DNA of 64,000 nucleotides from an uncultured bacterium (GTDB lineage Bacteria; Chlamydiota; Chlamydiia; Chlamydiales; 2-12-FULL-49-11): NCBI GenBank assembly GCA_964552055.1, contig CAZKFL010000003.1, positions 21,614 to 85,613 of the forward strand, read 5' to 3'. Shown piece by piece: positions 63,261 to 64,000 of this stretch (position 1 is its first letter; each line of letters starts with the position of its first letter). The notes under the pieces were generated by a model. It saw only the letters and a program-made list of their open reading frames with translations, ran no database searches and was not told where the DNA came from. The position numbers and the translations under genes were made by a program.

Positions 63261-64000
63261 TTAGTTCGGCAAGTTGATTTCTAACGTTGCAACAGATCCA
63301 GCGGCAGCTCCAACTGTGTATCTTGCAGATGGAAGCGCAATGGCCCTTCCCCCATCTGAATCTGCACGGAATCCACCGGGAAGTAGAAGTCCATTAGCGG
63401 CAAATCTCCAATAAACTGGGCTGTCGCTTGTTAATGTTTGCTCTGCTGCTACATAGATACGACCTTTAGTGAGAAGAGAGACGCAATCTCCTTGAAAATA
63501 AATCGGATTTCCAAATGATCCGAGAGGATTCAATGGGTTCGGTTTATTTTGTGTTCTTGCACCTACTCCATAGAAAGTATCTTGAGTAGTATTTGTAATA
63601 GTAGCTGTGGCTTGCGATGCCCCGCTTGTTACTACGAACGAGTTAACGATAGCGACATTACCTTCAGTTGCTTTCACAGTGATGGTATGGTTACTTGGAT
63701 CGCTTACGACTGCAGAAGCAATCAGAGGTTGAGCCAAGATTTCCGCTGCAATGGCATTCATTGTAGCTGCGCTGGATGTTGCAAATGTGACAGGAGCTAA
63801 TGCTACTCCATTAATGGTGACATTGATTACGTTTGCTGTAATCAGATCGGCACTTATAACAATGGTTGATAAATTGGACTGTGGTAAGCGGACGATGTAA
63901 TCTTGGCCGATTACTTTTGCAAGTCCTAGGCCTACATTGATATTCTCATATGCTATAGGAGATAGGACGTTTTTAAAGCCGGAATCGGCTAAAAGACCTA
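63261..64000 (-). CDS. head decoration/scaffold-like protein carrying the shared decoration module; 5' end lies beyond the window
   Basis: By hand translation the frame stays open from 63761 up to 64000 (…LITANVINVTINGVALAPVTFATSSAATMNAIAAE…). The C-terminus GDCVSLLTKGRIYVAAEQ...SPVYW resembles DUF2190-type decoration proteins. Confidence 0.5.
   Translation of the reverse strand, partial: GLLADSGFKNVLSPIAYENINVGLGLAKVIGQDYIVRLPQSNLSTIVISADLITANVINVTINGVALAPVTFATSSAATMNAIAAEILAQPLIASAVVSDPSNHTITVKATEGNVAIVNSFVVTSGASQATATITNTTQDTFYGVGARTQNKPNPLNPLGSFGNPIYFQGDCVSLLTKGRIYVAAEQTLTSDSPVYWRFAANGLLLPGGFRADSDGGRAIALPSARYTVGAAAGSVATLEINLPN

Larger units (their letters stand above)
27616..64000. mobile_element. 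myovirus-type prophage or phage-plasmid (partial; the right end lies beyond the window and the left boundary is approximate)
   Basis: Contiguous phage modules: HEPN and fibre outliers, HNH/Cro, RecT plus nuclease, iterons, Rep, primase-helicase, ParA/RHH, fibres, baseplate, tape measure, G/GT, tube, sheath, connectors and capsid. No integrase was seen in the window. Confidence 0.85.

Noticed and set aside
44691-64000. Tailocin or extracellular contractile injection system rather than a phage.
   Set aside because: A DUF2184-type major capsid gene, an HK97 gp10-like connector and other head-tail joining genes are present upstream of the sheath, so this is a virion with a head.

Overview
AT-rich bacterial DNA in two parts. 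I could not run any searches, so every family call below comes from reading motifs.

Positions 1-27.5 kb are accessory or chromosomal genes of what looks like an intracellular, eukaryote-associated bacterium (Chlamydiae-like or Legionellales-like; this is an inference). They include:
- An SDR oxidoreductase.
- A clear TPP (THI-box) riboswitch heading an operon of an MFS transporter, a eukaryote-type mitochondrial-carrier-family protein and a cupin-like protein.
- A compact operon of methyltransferase, alpha/beta hydrolase, threonine-aldolase-like enzyme and AlaX.
- GNAT, MazG-like and LD-carboxypeptidase genes.
- An ~8.8 kb island (13.0-21.9 kb) bracketed by a duplicated GNAT 5' end. It is filled with paralogous coiled-coil proteins, including one ending in a CaaX box (CTIM), one with a U-box-like segment plus polyproline and a tail anchor, and a 4-gene family with a possible ADP-ribosyltransferase-like domain.
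- An RNHCP protein and two large beta-lactamase-fold serine hydrolases.

Positions 27.6-64.0 kb (running off the right edge) are a myovirus-type prophage or phage-plasmid. In map order it carries:
- A HEPN-motif gene.
- An outlying tail-fibre gene, HNH and Cro-like genes.
- A RecT plus PD-(D/E)XK recombination module.
- An iteron origin split around a 2-gene cargo.
- Rep, a primase-helicase fusion and ParA with an RHH partner.
- An RHH plus kinase pair.
- A large arsenal of tail-fibre paralogs, including a C1q/TNF-like protein.
- Baseplate genes, tape measure, G/GT chaperones with a T_TTT_TTT slippery site, tube, sheath, head-tail connectors, the major capsid and a partial decoration-like protein.

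No integrase, tRNA, rRNA or CRISPR array was seen. Most antisense ORFs in the track are shadow ORFs.
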